From Candidatus Bathyarchaeota archaeon (GTDB taxonomy: Archaea > Thermoproteota > Bathyarchaeia > Bathyarchaeales > Bathycorpusculaceae), in assembly GCA_963775895.1 (NCBI GenBank), contig CAVZKL010000018.1, positions 67,768 through 131,767 of the forward strand: a stretch of 64,000 nucleotides of DNA. Reading direction: 5' to 3'. The notes under the pieces were generated by a model that saw nothing but the letters and a program-made list of their open reading frames with translations, was not told the origin of the DNA and did no database searches. How positions within the stretch are numbered: the stretch's first letter is position 1; every line of letters starts with the position of its first letter. Below, piece after piece: positions 1-10,382 of the stretch. The position numbers and the translations under genes were made by a program.

Positions 1-1
1 G

Positions 2-151
2 GGCGAAGGAACAGTCTTTGGCAAAGAAGGAGAAAAGAAGTTCAAGCCAGGATGCGTCGTTTTTGTTCCGCCTAACGAGAAGCATCAGTTCAAGAACACG
101 GGCAAGAGCCTCTTGAAGTTCCTTTGTCTCGTGCCTTATCATGAAGAGTGA
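2..151 (+). CDS. Cupin-domain protein, 3' end (5' part outside window)
   Basis: Hand translation GEGTVFGKEGEKKFKPGCVVFVPPNEKHQFKNTG...* shows cupin motif 2 (G-x5-P-x4-H-x3-N). Confidence 0.75.
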   Translation, partial: GEGTVFGKEGEKKFKPGCVVFVPPNEKHQFKNTGKSLLKFLCLVPYHEE

Positions 152-199
152 AAAGTAAACTTCACTTGTTTTCCTTTCTCGGTTGCTCGCTAGGAATAT

Positions 200-1633
200 A
201 TGCTAGTTGCTTCATCTAGTTCAAGGTTTCAGGAGACAAGCCGGTTGAAATACGACGTGATAATTGTTGGCGCTGGGCCGGCGGGAATATTTTCTGCGTT
301 GGAGCTCACTGAAAAGACCAAACTTAGCGTTCTCATGCTGGACAGGGGTCAGGACATTAGTCAACGCAAGTGCCCTGCCAGCAGAGGATACGAGTGTGTT
401 AACTGTGATCCGTGCGCGGTCTTGTCTGGTTGGGGTGGGGCAGGCGCCTTCAGTGACGGTAAACTGACACTGTCCACCGAGGTTGGCGGCTGGCTCGACC
501 AGTACATGTCCACCAAGGAGCTTCAAGAGCTCTTGGACTACGCTGACAGCATCTATCTGAAGTATGGGGCAACAGAACAGGTTTACGGCAGAGACGAGGA
601 AAAAATAGAAAACATTGAAAGAAAAGCGTCTCTGGCAGGTCTGAAGCTTGTGCGGCAGAAAATCCGTCACATGGGCACGGAAAGGTGTGCTCAGACACTT
701 CGAAAGATGCGGCAGGAACTGAACGGTAAGGTTGAATTCAAACCTCGAACCGACGTAAAGGGTCTGATTGTCAAGAACAATGTGGTCGAAGGCGTTGAAA
801 CGACTAACGGTGAAAAATACCCTGCCAAATACGTCATCGCCGCTCCGGGCAGAGGTGGCGCCGAATGGCTTAAGACAGAGTCTCAGGCGTTGGGTTTGAA
901 AACCCTTAACAATCCAGTTGACGTAGGGATAAGAATTGAAGTTTTGGCCTCGGTCATGGAAGAGTTGACAAGCGTGCTCTACGAGCCAAAGCTTATCTAC
1001 TACTCGAAATCGTTCGACGATCAAGTTAGAACTTTTTGCGTGGCTCCTCACGGTGAGGTTATTACAGAATCGTACGACGGGGTCTTGACCGTTAACGGTC
1101 AGAGTTACGCTGAACGGAAAACCGAGAACACAAACTTCGCCATACTCGTGAGTACATCTTTTACGGAACCCTTCAAGGAACCAATAGCCTACGGAAAGTA
1201 TGTTGCTCGGCTGGGCAATTTGCTCAGTGGAAGCGTGATGGTTCAGCGTCTAGGCGATTTGGAGTCCGGTAGAAGATCAACTCCTGAGAGGATTGCGCGG
1301 AGTGTCGTGACTCCAACTCTGAAGAATGCGGTGCCTGGGGATTTGAGCTTCGTGCTGCCCTATCGTTACCTCACCGACATCAGGGAGATGCTTCAGGCGT
1401 TGGACAAGCTTGCGCCCGGTCTTCACTCGCGAGACACGTTGTTGTACGGCATCGAGGTCAAATTCTATTCGTCAAGACTGCAGTTGACAAACAGCTTGGA
1501 GACGAAGATTCATAACCTCTTCACTATTGGAGACGGAGCGGGCGTAACGAGAGGGTTGATTCAGGCTTCGGTTTCAGGTGTCATAGCCTCAAAGGAGATC
1601 ATCAAACGGGAGGAGCAAGGGGCGTCGAACTGA
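200..1633 (+). CDS. FAD-dependent oxidoreductase (COG2509-like)
   Basis: N-terminal VIIVGAGPAG Rossmann motif, GWGGAGAFSDGKL, C-terminal GDGAGVTRG; true start probably TTG ~245. Confidence 0.85.
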   Translation: MLVASSSSRFQETSRLKYDVIIVGAGPAGIFSALELTEKTKLSVLMLDRGQDISQRKCPASRGYECVNCDPCAVLSGWGGAGAFSDGKLTLSTEVGGWLDQYMSTKELQELLDYADSIYLKYGATEQVYGRDEEKIENIERKASLAGLKLVRQKIRHMGTERCAQTLRKMRQELNGKVEFKPRTDVKGLIVKNNVVEGVETTNGEKYPAKYVIAAPGRGGAEWLKTESQALGLKTLNNPVDVGIRIEVLASVMEELTSVLYEPKLIYYSKSFDDQVRTFCVAPHGEVITESYDGVLTVNGQSYAERKTENTNFAILVSTSFTEPFKEPIAYGKYVARLGNLLSGSVMVQRLGDLESGRRSTPERIARSVVTPTLKNAVPGDLSFVLPYRYLTDIREMLQALDKLAPGLHSRDTLLYGIEVKFYSSRLQLTNSLETKIHNLFTIGDGAGVTRGLIQASVSGVIASKEIIKREEQGASN

Positions 1634-2385
1634 TGGGCATAGTCAATGAGATCAAATGTTCCCATTGTGGGGGACCCATTTCTTTTCAGCCGGGAGAAAT
1701 ACTGGCAACCTGCAGGTACTGCGGTTTCACTGTCGTAATAGAAACCGGTCAGACTTTCACTTTTGAACATTCCTTGCTGCTAAATAGGTTCGACCAGGTT
1801 CAGGTCGAGGCACCCGCCAGAGACTGGATGAAAGAAGGGTTCCTGAAACCTTCCGACTTGGCAAAGAAGGCTAAACTTGTTGAAAAGGAACTGATATACC
1901 TGCCTTTCTGGGTCGTTTCGGTTGAAGCTAGGAGCAGTTACAAGGGCATTTTCGAGAGAATAACTCCTGCAGTGACGAAGGAAGGGTCGATCGAGAAAGA
2001 TTATGACTGGCTTGTCCTAGCCAGGAAAGCAACTGATTTTCCGACGAGGGACTATGAGGTGCCCTTGGAAGGAAAGATTCCCTTCGACTTCAGACGGATA
2101 GAGGGCTTCGCCAAGGTGTTGAACAGTGAAATAGACAAGAACGAAGCGGAAGAGCAGGCGAAAGAGGAGATTGAGGGAAACCACAAGTTCTTGGCTCAAC
2201 AGGACGTTGACAAGATAATCGAGTTCAAGACCGAAATAAAGATCGTTGAAACGGTTTACCTGCATGCACCCCTTTGGTTCATAAAATACGAGTATAAAGG
2301 AAAAGACTACCAGCTTGTTGTTGACGGCGCGACTGGAGTCACGATAAAGGGGGACATTCCACCCGCGGGTTTTGGAATACTCTAA
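1633..2385 (+). CDS. Zn-ribbon hypothetical protein
   Basis: CSHCGG...CRYCG at N-terminus; YLPFW and LHAPLW motifs; start overlaps the upstream stop. Confidence 0.7.
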   Translation: MGIVNEIKCSHCGGPISFQPGEILATCRYCGFTVVIETGQTFTFEHSLLLNRFDQVQVEAPARDWMKEGFLKPSDLAKKAKLVEKELIYLPFWVVSVEARSSYKGIFERITPAVTKEGSIEKDYDWLVLARKATDFPTRDYEVPLEGKIPFDFRRIEGFAKVLNSEIDKNEAEEQAKEEIEGNHKFLAQQDVDKIIEFKTEIKIVETVYLHAPLWFIKYEYKGKDYQLVVDGATGVTIKGDIPPAGFGIL

Positions 2386-2621
2386 ATCAGACTGCACACG
2401 CGCATGTTCGCGCAACGTGAGTTTGACACCACGTAGAATTGTGAATGGGCTAGGATGTGCCCGTGTTTTGACGACGATTGAAATGTGCTAATATGCCTAC
2501 TGTCTCTCATGTCGTACACGAGCGCGCGCGACGATAATGGCTCAGCGTGATCCTCTAATTTTCTTGCCAGAAAACTTTTTCTTTGTGAAACGAGTGGACA
2601 TCGAACAGGAATGGTGATAGT

Positions 2622-2987
2622 TTGAACCGAGCTAGAGATCAACTGGACTCAGGCTATCCTGAAGTCATAACGTCTCTACCCGAAGCAGACATTCAGTTCA
2701 GAGGCATCAGAGCATGGATCTTGCAGGGCGAGAAAACTCAACTCGTCTTCTTTGAAATGGAGTCTTCTGCAGCCGTACCCGAGCACACACATGGATACCC
2801 TCAATGGGGAATGGTGATTGACGGGGAAATGGACTTGATTATTGACGGCAAATCCATGATATGCACGAAAGGCACCGAGTATCTAATTCCGGCCGGAGCC
2901 AAACACTATGCCAGATTCCACAAAAAGACTAGGGTTGTCGACTTTTTCTCCGAGAAAAGTAGGTACCGACAGAAACTGCTAGGATAA
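2622..2987 (+). CDS. Cupin-domain protein
   Basis: VPEHTH...QWGMVIDG...IPAGAKH cupin motifs. Confidence 0.8.
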   Translation: MNRARDQLDSGYPEVITSLPEADIQFRGIRAWILQGEKTQLVFFEMESSAAVPEHTHGYPQWGMVIDGEMDLIIDGKSMICTKGTEYLIPAGAKHYARFHKKTRVVDFFSEKSRYRQKLLG

Positions 2988-3138
2988 CCGTAAAAAGCCT
3001 TGCCTTTCTATTTAGTGTCTTACGGAGACTTTTCCCCCAAGCCTCTCCACCCTGCTCTTCAGTTTCTCAATCGCCTGTCTGAGCTCCGAGTTCACTAGCG
3101 CGCGCGAAGTCATGCTTAACCTTATTGTCGCGCTAGCT

Positions 3139-3393
3139 TCACGCTCGCGCTCCAACCCAATTGCCGAGCTTTGCAAGTTCGACCGATAAGTAACCGGGAC
3201 CGGGGGCGATTTCAAGCACGTTACTGCTGGGTGCGGTATTGTCCTTTACAAGCTCAGCCCAGGATTTGTATTGTGCAATGCTGTTCTTCTGAATTCTATT
3301 ATACTGCCAAGCGACAATGCCTTCCATCGCTATGCCTTTGTAGGCTTTTCTTTTGTTAGACGAAGGAGAATTTGTTGTCATGCTATCTCTCAC
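3139..3393 (-). pseudogene. Truncated class I SAM methyltransferase (N-terminal part only)
   Basis: VLEIAPGPGYLSVELAK motif I followed almost at once by a stop; rest of the domain absent. Confidence 0.7.
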
Positions 3394-3587
3394 TCTTTAT
3401 CTGTTCCCCTGTATTTCTTCAGGGGTTGCTTAAGATTGATGAGGTTTTGCTCAAGATCTTGGTCTTCATATTTATTCCAAGAAAGGAATGATAACTGTTG
3501 CCTAACGCGCGCTTGCAATTAATCAGGCTCAAAAAGTAGTCCTTCGAACAATGGCGATCGATTTTAACCTTAATGCATTGCCAGTAC

Positions 3588-3624
3588 CACTAATAAATCT
3601 AATGTCACACTTTCCCTTCTAATG
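3588..3624. repeat. 37-bp dispersed direct repeat, copy 1
   Basis: CACTAATAAATCTAATGTCACACTTTCCCTTCTAATG; 33/37 identical to 5590-5626. Confidence 0.8.
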
Positions 3625-3635
3625 TCACACTCTTG

Positions 3636-3950
3636 CTATGTGCCCAGAACAGTTTTTGAATTATTTGCCCATCTTTTCAGATATAGTACACCCATTATCA
3701 ATGAGGCAGCAAAAACTACCGATCCTAGCATTGAAAGGCGAAAGATCGATTGGAAATATTCAGGGTTGACTTGTTGCTCGCCACGGGAGTATGCTAACCA
3801 CACAGCCAATCCGATGAGACTCAAGATCAGACCAGTTGTCAACAGAACAAGGAGAAGCAAATGCCGCCTCTTGATTAGATTATTGGTTCGCTGTAACTTT
3901 TCCGCAACAACAAAAGTCAGTCTGCCAAAGAGTTTTATTAGTTGACCCAA
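3636..3950 (-). CDS. Small membrane protein (2 TM)
   Basis: Two long hydrophobic stretches; no family recognised. Confidence 0.5.
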   Translation of the reverse strand: MGQLIKLFGRLTFVVAEKLQRTNNLIKRRHLLLLVLLTTGLILSLIGLAVWLAYSRGEQQVNPEYFQSIFRLSMLGSVVFAASLIMGVLYLKRWANNSKTVLGT

Positions 3951-4115
3951 TATGCGTTTTCAGAAAAGCATTACGCATCATCTTTTCCACTCATCGTCAC
4001 ACTCTCAGCGAACTCGGAAAACCAAAAAGCGTACGCACTAAAATGGGGAGAGATAGTTGCTGATACAAAAAATATGGAATAGCCTCAGCGGAACCAAGGG
4101 CTCAGACCAGAGCGC

Positions 4116-4637
4116 CTATAGAATTATCGGTCTGAACTGTCTTCTTTTGCCAACTCGGTATCCCAGGTAACCACCTATCACATAGGAGAGTAAAATATAT
4201 GGTATGAAAACAAAAGGGTCTTCTGCCAACGCTGTGAGGAGGAGGACACGGTTTAAGAGAAAGGTTATTGCAGCGTATATGACGAAACCGAAGACGCCGG
4301 CTCCGAGGGCTGTCCAATACGTTTGCCAGAATTTGAGACTGGCGTGCGCCCACGCAATTCGGTAGACCCGAAAAACTGCATAAGTCAAGATTGGGGCTAG
4401 TAAAGTGTATAGTAACGCACCCTCCAATGTAGCATAGCCTGTCAGTTTATTGAAGTAGTCTAGCCAAGTGAACAGAAGCAAAGCAACATAGAGAGATATT
4501 GCCAACCACTTCATGCGGTTGCTTGGAACCATTTCCTTCTGAATACGCACGGACGCTCTCACAATGTAACGTCCAGTCCGCTTTATTGGCCTCGGACAAT
4601 AATACCTGAGTTTTTCACGCACTCCCACGTTCTTCAC
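4116..4637 (-). CDS. Membrane hypothetical protein (~4 TM)
   Basis: Hydrophobic segments from MKWLAISLY onward; real start may be internal. Confidence 0.55.
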   Translation of the reverse strand: MKNVGVREKLRYYCPRPIKRTGRYIVRASVRIQKEMVPSNRMKWLAISLYVALLLFTWLDYFNKLTGYATLEGALLYTLLAPILTYAVFRVYRIAWAHASLKFWQTYWTALGAGVFGFVIYAAITFLLNRVLLLTALAEDPFVFIPYILLSYVIGGYLGYRVGKRRQFRPIIL

Positions 4638-5131
4638 TCTCCAGTGATTTTTTGAAAGAGGAGTTCAGCAATCTTGCTGGGTGAGATTGATTCAAAATTG
4701 TCGGGAGACTGAATGTTTCGTTCTTCCATCTCGGCAAGCAGTGTTTTTCTGCAGTTCTCAAGATGATCGCAGTTCACGCAGTCGCCTTCGTGTCTGTACC
4801 AGACTTGAACTCCGTTTTTAGCAGAAAAAGTGATTATGGCCGGTGTCTTGAACTCGGAGCTGAACCCTGAAAGAATTCCAATTGCGGGATTTACCGCTTC
4901 CACTTTTATCTTGTTCAGTTTGGCCGTTTCCATGAGTGCTTGCGAGACCTTGCTATCGGCCACATCCGCAGCTTTGTGCACCGTTTGACGGCTTACCTCC
5001 AGTCTTCTGGCTATTCCCGCCTCGAACAAACCCTTCCTTTTCAGGTCCCAGATCTTCAATTGCTTGGAAGTCAGGTAACCATCGCTTAGAGCCACGATTC
5101 TCCCTGTAAGTATTTGAATGCTGACAACCAC
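4634..5131 (-). CDS. HTH DNA-binding protein with Cys cluster
   Basis: LTSKQLKIW...EAGIARRLEVSRQTVHK helix-turn-helix; CVNCDHLENC. Confidence 0.75.
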   Translation of the reverse strand: MVVSIQILTGRIVALSDGYLTSKQLKIWDLKRKGLFEAGIARRLEVSRQTVHKAADVADSKVSQALMETAKLNKIKVEAVNPAIGILSGFSSEFKTPAIITFSAKNGVQVWYRHEGDCVNCDHLENCRKTLLAEMEERNIQSPDNFESISPSKIAELLFQKITGE

Positions 5132-5138
5132 TTAAATC

Positions 5139-5441
5139 TTGTGCTCGCCCAGCGCGCGCACAAAGTACTTAAAGTTGAGAAACGACCCTAGAATTGATGG
5201 GTGTAGACTTGTGAAATATGTGTCTGACCCAGTTTCACGTAGAAAAATCAGTATCGGACTTTGGATACTGACAGTTACAATATTGGTAACTGTTTTGGTT
5301 ATTACTGTTTGGAGCCACATCTTTAGACCAGATCTATTTGGATTCATGTTGGTTGCAGACCCTGTTTTGTCCGTCATTGCCTTTTGCCTAATTTTGCTCA
5401 GCCTGTCGTTAAATCGCTGGAAGCCGTTACTTAGAAAGTGA
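5139..5441 (+). CDS. Small membrane protein (2 TM)
   Basis: Two hydrophobic helices; start probably later (~5210-5220). Confidence 0.4.
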   Translation: MCSPSARTKYLKLRNDPRIDGCRLVKYVSDPVSRRKISIGLWILTVTILVTVLVITVWSHIFRPDLFGFMLVADPVLSVIAFCLILLSLSLNRWKPLLRK

Positions 5442-5589
5442 AGCAATTTCAATAGTAACATCACATTTCTTTTTTTCTTGACGGATAAGCGCGTGCTAAT
5501 CCGGCGCGACCCAGGTCTAAAATCCCGATTGTGCCTTGAAACATGAAGTACGTTCAGTTCATAATTCGATAATGTTCCCAAAAATTTAG

Positions 5590-5626
5590 CACTAGTAAAT
5601 CTAATGTTCCACTTTCCTTTCTAATG
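5590..5626. repeat. 37-bp dispersed direct repeat, copy 2
   Basis: CACTAGTAAATCTAATGTTCCACTTTCCTTTCTAATG; overlaps perfect inverted repeat AATGTTCCA-N13-TGGAACATT (5603-5633). Confidence 0.8.
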
Positions 5627-5669
5627 GAACATTCCTGTAAACCATACCCTGAAAAAGGAAGCACGCGCG

Positions 5670-6107
5670 CTAGTATTCCAGAACTCCGATTTGCATCGTC
5701 ATCTTCCACTCCTTCCCGACCTTCGCGTAGACTTTGCAGACGCGCCCCTTCCATCGCATCCCCCTGCCTCTGCTGTCGCGCCAGAGCGTGTTGATGTCTA
5801 CGACCGCGAAAGCCCCGTCTCTTTCCTCCGACACGACTATTTTCTTTATCCTCCTTTCGTTATGGATGAGGATGTGGGTGTCAAATAGATTCTGCCATCC
5901 CCTCTTCCAGCGGTCATGGTTGAACCTACCCTGCGTAAGTACCCAGTCCATCGGGTCGTGTGACTTAGTGGTCTTCGGCCAAGGCCAAACCATATCGGGG
6001 TGGAAGACTGTCAGCAGCAGCTCAGCGTCCCTAGTGTCCCATGCGCGCGTCTCTCTGTTGACGATTTCCTCTATCTCCTTCTTCGCCGTCTTGAGTTTGA
6101 GCGCCAT
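5670..6107 (-). CDS. NTF2/SnoaL-like protein
   Basis: EIEEIVNRETRAWDTRDAELLLTVFHPD...WKMTMQIG pattern; ATG at 6107 preferred over the overlapping extension. Confidence 0.7.
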   Translation of the reverse strand: MALKLKTAKKEIEEIVNRETRAWDTRDAELLLTVFHPDMVWPWPKTTKSHDPMDWVLTQGRFNHDRWKRGWQNLFDTHILIHNERRIKKIVVSEERDGAFAVVDINTLWRDSRGRGMRWKGRVCKVYAKVGKEWKMTMQIGVLEY

Positions 6108-6151
6108 GGTTCCGTTTCCGCTCGACATAAGATGCGCGCGCAATTTTCTGG

Positions 6152-6484
6152 CTATTTTCGCTCTAGCTTGAAGATCACTGGTCTTAACCCGTCTGGGCAA
6201 CACGCTACTGCAACTCCAGGTTCGTCATACCACTCAGAACAGTTGCCACCGAACCTGAGCGTCATAATCATCGGGAAGATTGTGTCCCAAGCGTAAGGGC
6301 AAAACCCGTTTGGCGTGCTATCATCAACTTGGAATACCTGTCCTTCTTTGAAGATGGGACATGGACCACTATACTTTGCCTTGATTGGAGGATCTTTGAA
6401 TACCTCTTTTGTATCAAACAGTTTGAGCACTGTAATCTTTATGCAATTTGCTTCCTTCTTCAAACAAACACCCCATATGCTCAC
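6152..6484 (-). CDS. TIGR04076-family protein
   Basis: CPIFKEGQ...GFCPYAW...ACCPDGLRPVIFKLER signature. Confidence 0.8.
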   Translation of the reverse strand: MSIWGVCLKKEANCIKITVLKLFDTKEVFKDPPIKAKYSGPCPIFKEGQVFQVDDSTPNGFCPYAWDTIFPMIMTLRFGGNCSEWYDEPGVAVACCPDGLRPVIFKLERK

Positions 6485-6612
6485 AGTTGTTCTAGCAATA
6501 CTATTAAAGACTACATCAGGGCGCGCGATTGTTGAATTGCGGCCTAACCTAATTAAACTTTAAAAGCAACAGCTTATTCTGTAGTTATCGACCAAAAACT
6601 GCGAGGATCAGA

Positions 6613-6954
6613 ATGAAAACCGAACGAAAACGATTCAGTTACGGTGTGGGAGCTGTTGCGGTCTTGGCGATTTCCCTAGGCGTAGCCCTAATCTTCTACG
6701 GTTTAGGTCTGATCGCTTTCAACTTCCTGAACCTTCTAGGATGGATTTTCGGTCCCCTAGGAGTCTACACCGTCGTCTATTCGTTCATCACTAAAAACCA
6801 GTCTACGTACTACTTGGTGTGGGGCACAATAATGGTTGCAGTAGCCATCATCGGAGGCTTCTATAACGTCGTCCCCTGGTACCTCGTCTTGGGAATACTG
6901 GTGATAGTGCTCGCAGTGATAGGCGTTATCGCATACATGGAGGGTAAAAATTGA
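6613..6954 (+). CDS. 4-TM membrane protein
   Basis: Four hydrophobic helices; first gene of a putative operon with the SPFH gene. Confidence 0.7.
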   Translation: MKTERKRFSYGVGAVAVLAISLGVALIFYGLGLIAFNFLNLLGWIFGPLGVYTVVYSFITKNQSTYYLVWGTIMVAVAIIGGFYNVVPWYLVLGILVIVLAVIGVIAYMEGKN

Positions 6955-7487
6955 GTGGAAAGGACTATCTTGGAAAAGTGAAGGGCGAACGAAGTCTTCT
7001 AGAACGAATAATGGGCTACATTCCCGGATATCATGGATACAAAGAAAAAGAGTTGAGGCGTGAAAGTGATCGCCTCGTCAGAATGGAAGCCGTCAACAGA
7101 CTCAAGTCTGCGAAAAGTACGATGAGACGTGCTTTTGCAAACCCCACGATGGTTCAGAAACTGAACGGTGAAGATGCCTACAGGTATGACTCGCTCAACT
7201 CCCGCTTGGACAGAGTCACTCAAAGGGTTGACAGGGCAGTCGCAGGTTATGCAGGTATGTTTGACGCGGTGAAGGTCAAAGAGGACAAGCTTGACGTAGT
7301 GCTTCAAAGCGACGTGAACATGATCGAGAAGGCTGATGGAATAAAAACTGACTGCGAAAAACTCGCCAAAATGCAGCCCGGAAACGATGATTGGAGCACA
7401 GCGATGGATGCGTTGCTTTCCAAGGTCGAAGAGTACGATTCATTAATCGATTCTCGAACGGAGGCTCTAAGAGGGCTGGGGCCATAA
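6951..7487 (+). CDS. Helical/coiled-coil hypothetical protein
   Basis: IPGYHGYKEKELRRESD motif; start overlaps upstream stop. Confidence 0.7.
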   Translation: MSGKDYLGKVKGERSLLERIMGYIPGYHGYKEKELRRESDRLVRMEAVNRLKSAKSTMRRAFANPTMVQKLNGEDAYRYDSLNSRLDRVTQRVDRAVAGYAGMFDAVKVKEDKLDVVLQSDVNMIEKADGIKTDCEKLAKMQPGNDDWSTAMDALLSKVEEYDSLIDSRTEALRGLGP

Positions 7488-7522
7488 TCCCCACCCGCTA
7501 CCGCACAAGGAGGTGAAAGCGA

Positions 7523-8579
7523 ATGCCAAAAGTTATCGAATGGGTTGGAGCAAAAGACAGCGACATGGTCTGGAAATACCCCAACGAGGAAATCGCTTGG
7601 GGAGACAACCTCATAGTTCACGAGTACGAAGCAGCAGTGTTCTTCAGGGACGGAAAAGCCTACGACGTATTCCGAGCAGGACGCCACGTGCTGACAACAG
7701 CCAACCTGCCGTTGCTAACCAAGATACTTACAAAGATCACCGGTTTCGACAGAAACCCGTTCACGTGCACCATATTCTTTGTCTCGCTGAAACAGTTCCA
7801 AGGAAAATTCGGCGCTCAAGGACAGACCAAAGAACTTGCACCTCTGAAGTTCTTCGGAGGATTCTGGTTCAGAGTCGAGGAACCAAACTTGTTTGTCAAC
7901 GAAGTGGTCGGCGGACAAGGAGCCTACACAACAGATGCGCTACAGGATTTCCTCAGAGGCTTCTTTAACGAACGATTGATCGACACTCTGAGTCAATACT
8001 CGCTTTCGGACGTTTACGGCAAACTGGATGATACGAGTCTTCTTTCAAAGAACATGCTTTTCGATGCTTTGCACAGGATAGGACTCGAACTGATCGATCT
8101 CAAGTTCGAGGGAATCGACACCACGCCTGAATGGAGAGACAGACTATTCTACATTAAGACCGGAGTAGGCGCAGCCGAAGTGCTCAGGATGGAAACGGTT
8201 CAAAAATCAACCGAGAGTCTTTCGAAGAGTACGGGAGGCGCAGCGATCGCGGCTGGAACGGTTCTCATTCCACCCTTGTTCCAAGGCCAGCCAGCAGGGA
8301 CTCAGGTAACGATGGTAGTGTGTCCCAAGTGCGGTTATCAGAACCCACAGACATCGAAGTTCTGCAACAACTGCGGCGCACCGATGCAAGGTCAAGCAGG
8401 CTGCACAGCCAGCGGGCACGGTCAACTGTCCCAAATGTGGAACTGCGAATCCTACCAGCGCGAAGTTCTGCGTCAACTGTGGAACTCCGATGCAAGCTAC
8501 CGTGAAGTGTGCGAAGTGCGGAACTGAAGCACCTGTCGGGACCAAATTCTGTCCCAACTGCGGAGCCAAACTGAAGTAG
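7523..8579 (+). CDS. SPFH (band-7) domain protein with C-terminal double zinc ribbons; frameshift ~8400
   Basis: WKYP...LIVHEYEAAVFFRDGK; CPKCG/FCNNCG repeats continue in another frame (CPKCG...FCVNCG...CAKCG...FCPNCG) to TAG 8579; GGAGG RBS. Confidence 0.8.
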
Positions 8580-8686
8580 TCAACTTCCCTTTTTCTTCAT
8601 TTTTCTCTCTTTTTCATACTTGCGCAATTTTCTCTGTAACGTTTTTATTTCCATGTTGCGAATGCTAATGGAGAGCACGGTTTCAG

Positions 8687-10294
8687 ATGAGTGAAAAAAT
8701 CATCGGCCACGGCACGTGGTACGACAAGATGGCCGCGAAGATAATCGCCAGGGAAAAGAAGCTAGGAAGGAGCTTGGATCCGGTCAGAACCGAAATGGGT
8801 ATAGCTGCTTCGGGTCTTCCTCACATCGGCAACCTGAGCGACGCCGTCAGATCCTTTGCGGTTGCTCTTGCGCTTCGGGAGCAAAACGTCAATTCTGAGT
8901 TGATCGCTTTCAGCGACGACAAGGATGGGTTGAGAAAGGTTCCAGCAGGCATGCCCGATGAATTGAAAGAACATCTGGGACGACCCGTGACCGACATTCC
9001 AGACTTCTGCGGCTGCCACGCAAGCTACGGTGAGCACATGTCCATCCTTCTGCGCGAAGCACTCGACAAGTGCGGTCTCGATTACACGTTCATGTCTGCG
9101 ACGGAGGTCTACAAAAAGGGATCGTTCAACGAAGAGATCAAGAAGATACTACTGAACGCGAAGAGAGTTGGGGAAATAGTCAAAGAAGAGATAGGACAAG
9201 AGAAGTTTCTAGAAGCTCTGCCCTACTTTGCTGTCTGTGAAAAATGTGGGCGCATATACACTACTAAAGCCTACGAGTTCTTGCCAAGGGAAAACAGGAT
9301 CCTTTACTCTTGTGAAGGAATGGAGGTCAAAGGAAAATGGTTGGAAGGCTGTGGCCACAAGGGCGAAGTGGATTACAGAAAAGGGATGGGCAAACTCAGC
9401 TGGAAGGGCGAATTTGCCGTTCGATGGAGAGCCTTGGACATCCGGTTTGAAGCCTTCGGAAAAGACGTTGCAGACTCGGTGCGTGTGAATGACCGAATCT
9501 GCAGGGAGATACTGGGTTGGGAGCCCCCCGTTCACGCGCAGTATGAAATGTTTTTGGCTCAGGGCGGCGGGAAAATCGCGAAGTCAGCCGGTGGCGTGTT
9601 GACTCCGCAGACGTGGTTCAAATACGGGTCTCCGCAGTCGCTCATGCTATTGCTGCTGAAACGGTTCGTTGGCACTCGCAAAATAGATGTCACTGACATA
9701 CCAGCCTACATGGATGAACTGGATGGACTCGAGGATGTGTACTTCGGAAAGAAACCGGCAAAGGACGAGCGCGAGCTGGCAAAACTCAAAGGCCTTTACG
9801 CGTACTGCTTCGCACTGCACCTTCCAAAATCTCCAGGCATCCACGTACCGTACAATTTGATGACGTTCTTGGTGAAGGTCGCTCCTAAGGGCAGTGAAGA
9901 GGAATACGTCGGTGAGAAGCTTCAAGGCTACGGAGTTTTGCAGAAAGGTCAGAAGGTCGATGATCGTCTGAGGGAACGGATAAAATACGCTTCGAACTGG
10001 ATCAAGGATTTTGAGGAGATAAGGGAAGCACGGGTTAGCCTGAGCGAGGACGAGCGAGCTGCGATTGCCCAACTCGTTGAGGTGTTACAGACTGAAGAGG
10101 AAGCCGAGAAGATTCAAAACGCCGTTTACAACATTGCCAAGGAATGCGGGATTCAACCTTCATCTTTTTTCAGAATAGTCTACTCAATTCTACTGGGCGT
10201 GCCTCAAGGTCCAAGACTCGGCCCATACATCCTCGCGATGGGAAGACACAACGTCATAGCAGCCCTCGATCGGGCTTCGAGAGAACAAGACTGA
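8687..10294 (+). CDS. lysS: Lysyl-tRNA synthetase, class I
   Basis: SGLPHIGN (HIGH), DDKDGLRKVP, KIAKS (KMSKS-like), GPRLGPYI. Confidence 0.95.
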   Translation: MSEKIIGHGTWYDKMAAKIIAREKKLGRSLDPVRTEMGIAASGLPHIGNLSDAVRSFAVALALREQNVNSELIAFSDDKDGLRKVPAGMPDELKEHLGRPVTDIPDFCGCHASYGEHMSILLREALDKCGLDYTFMSATEVYKKGSFNEEIKKILLNAKRVGEIVKEEIGQEKFLEALPYFAVCEKCGRIYTTKAYEFLPRENRILYSCEGMEVKGKWLEGCGHKGEVDYRKGMGKLSWKGEFAVRWRALDIRFEAFGKDVADSVRVNDRICREILGWEPPVHAQYEMFLAQGGGKIAKSAGGVLTPQTWFKYGSPQSLMLLLLKRFVGTRKIDVTDIPAYMDELDGLEDVYFGKKPAKDERELAKLKGLYAYCFALHLPKSPGIHVPYNLMTFLVKVAPKGSEEEYVGEKLQGYGVLQKGQKVDDRLRERIKYASNWIKDFEEIREARVSLSEDERAAIAQLVEVLQTEEEAEKIQNAVYNIAKECGIQPSSFFRIVYSILLGVPQGPRLGPYILAMGRHNVIAALDRASREQD

Positions 10295-10382
10295 ACCATT
10301 GAGAATGTACATGTTTCACAGTCGCGCGCGTTCTGGCGAGGGGGTCTGGTTGACGGTTAGGCGGATTGCGTTCAGAGACGTT

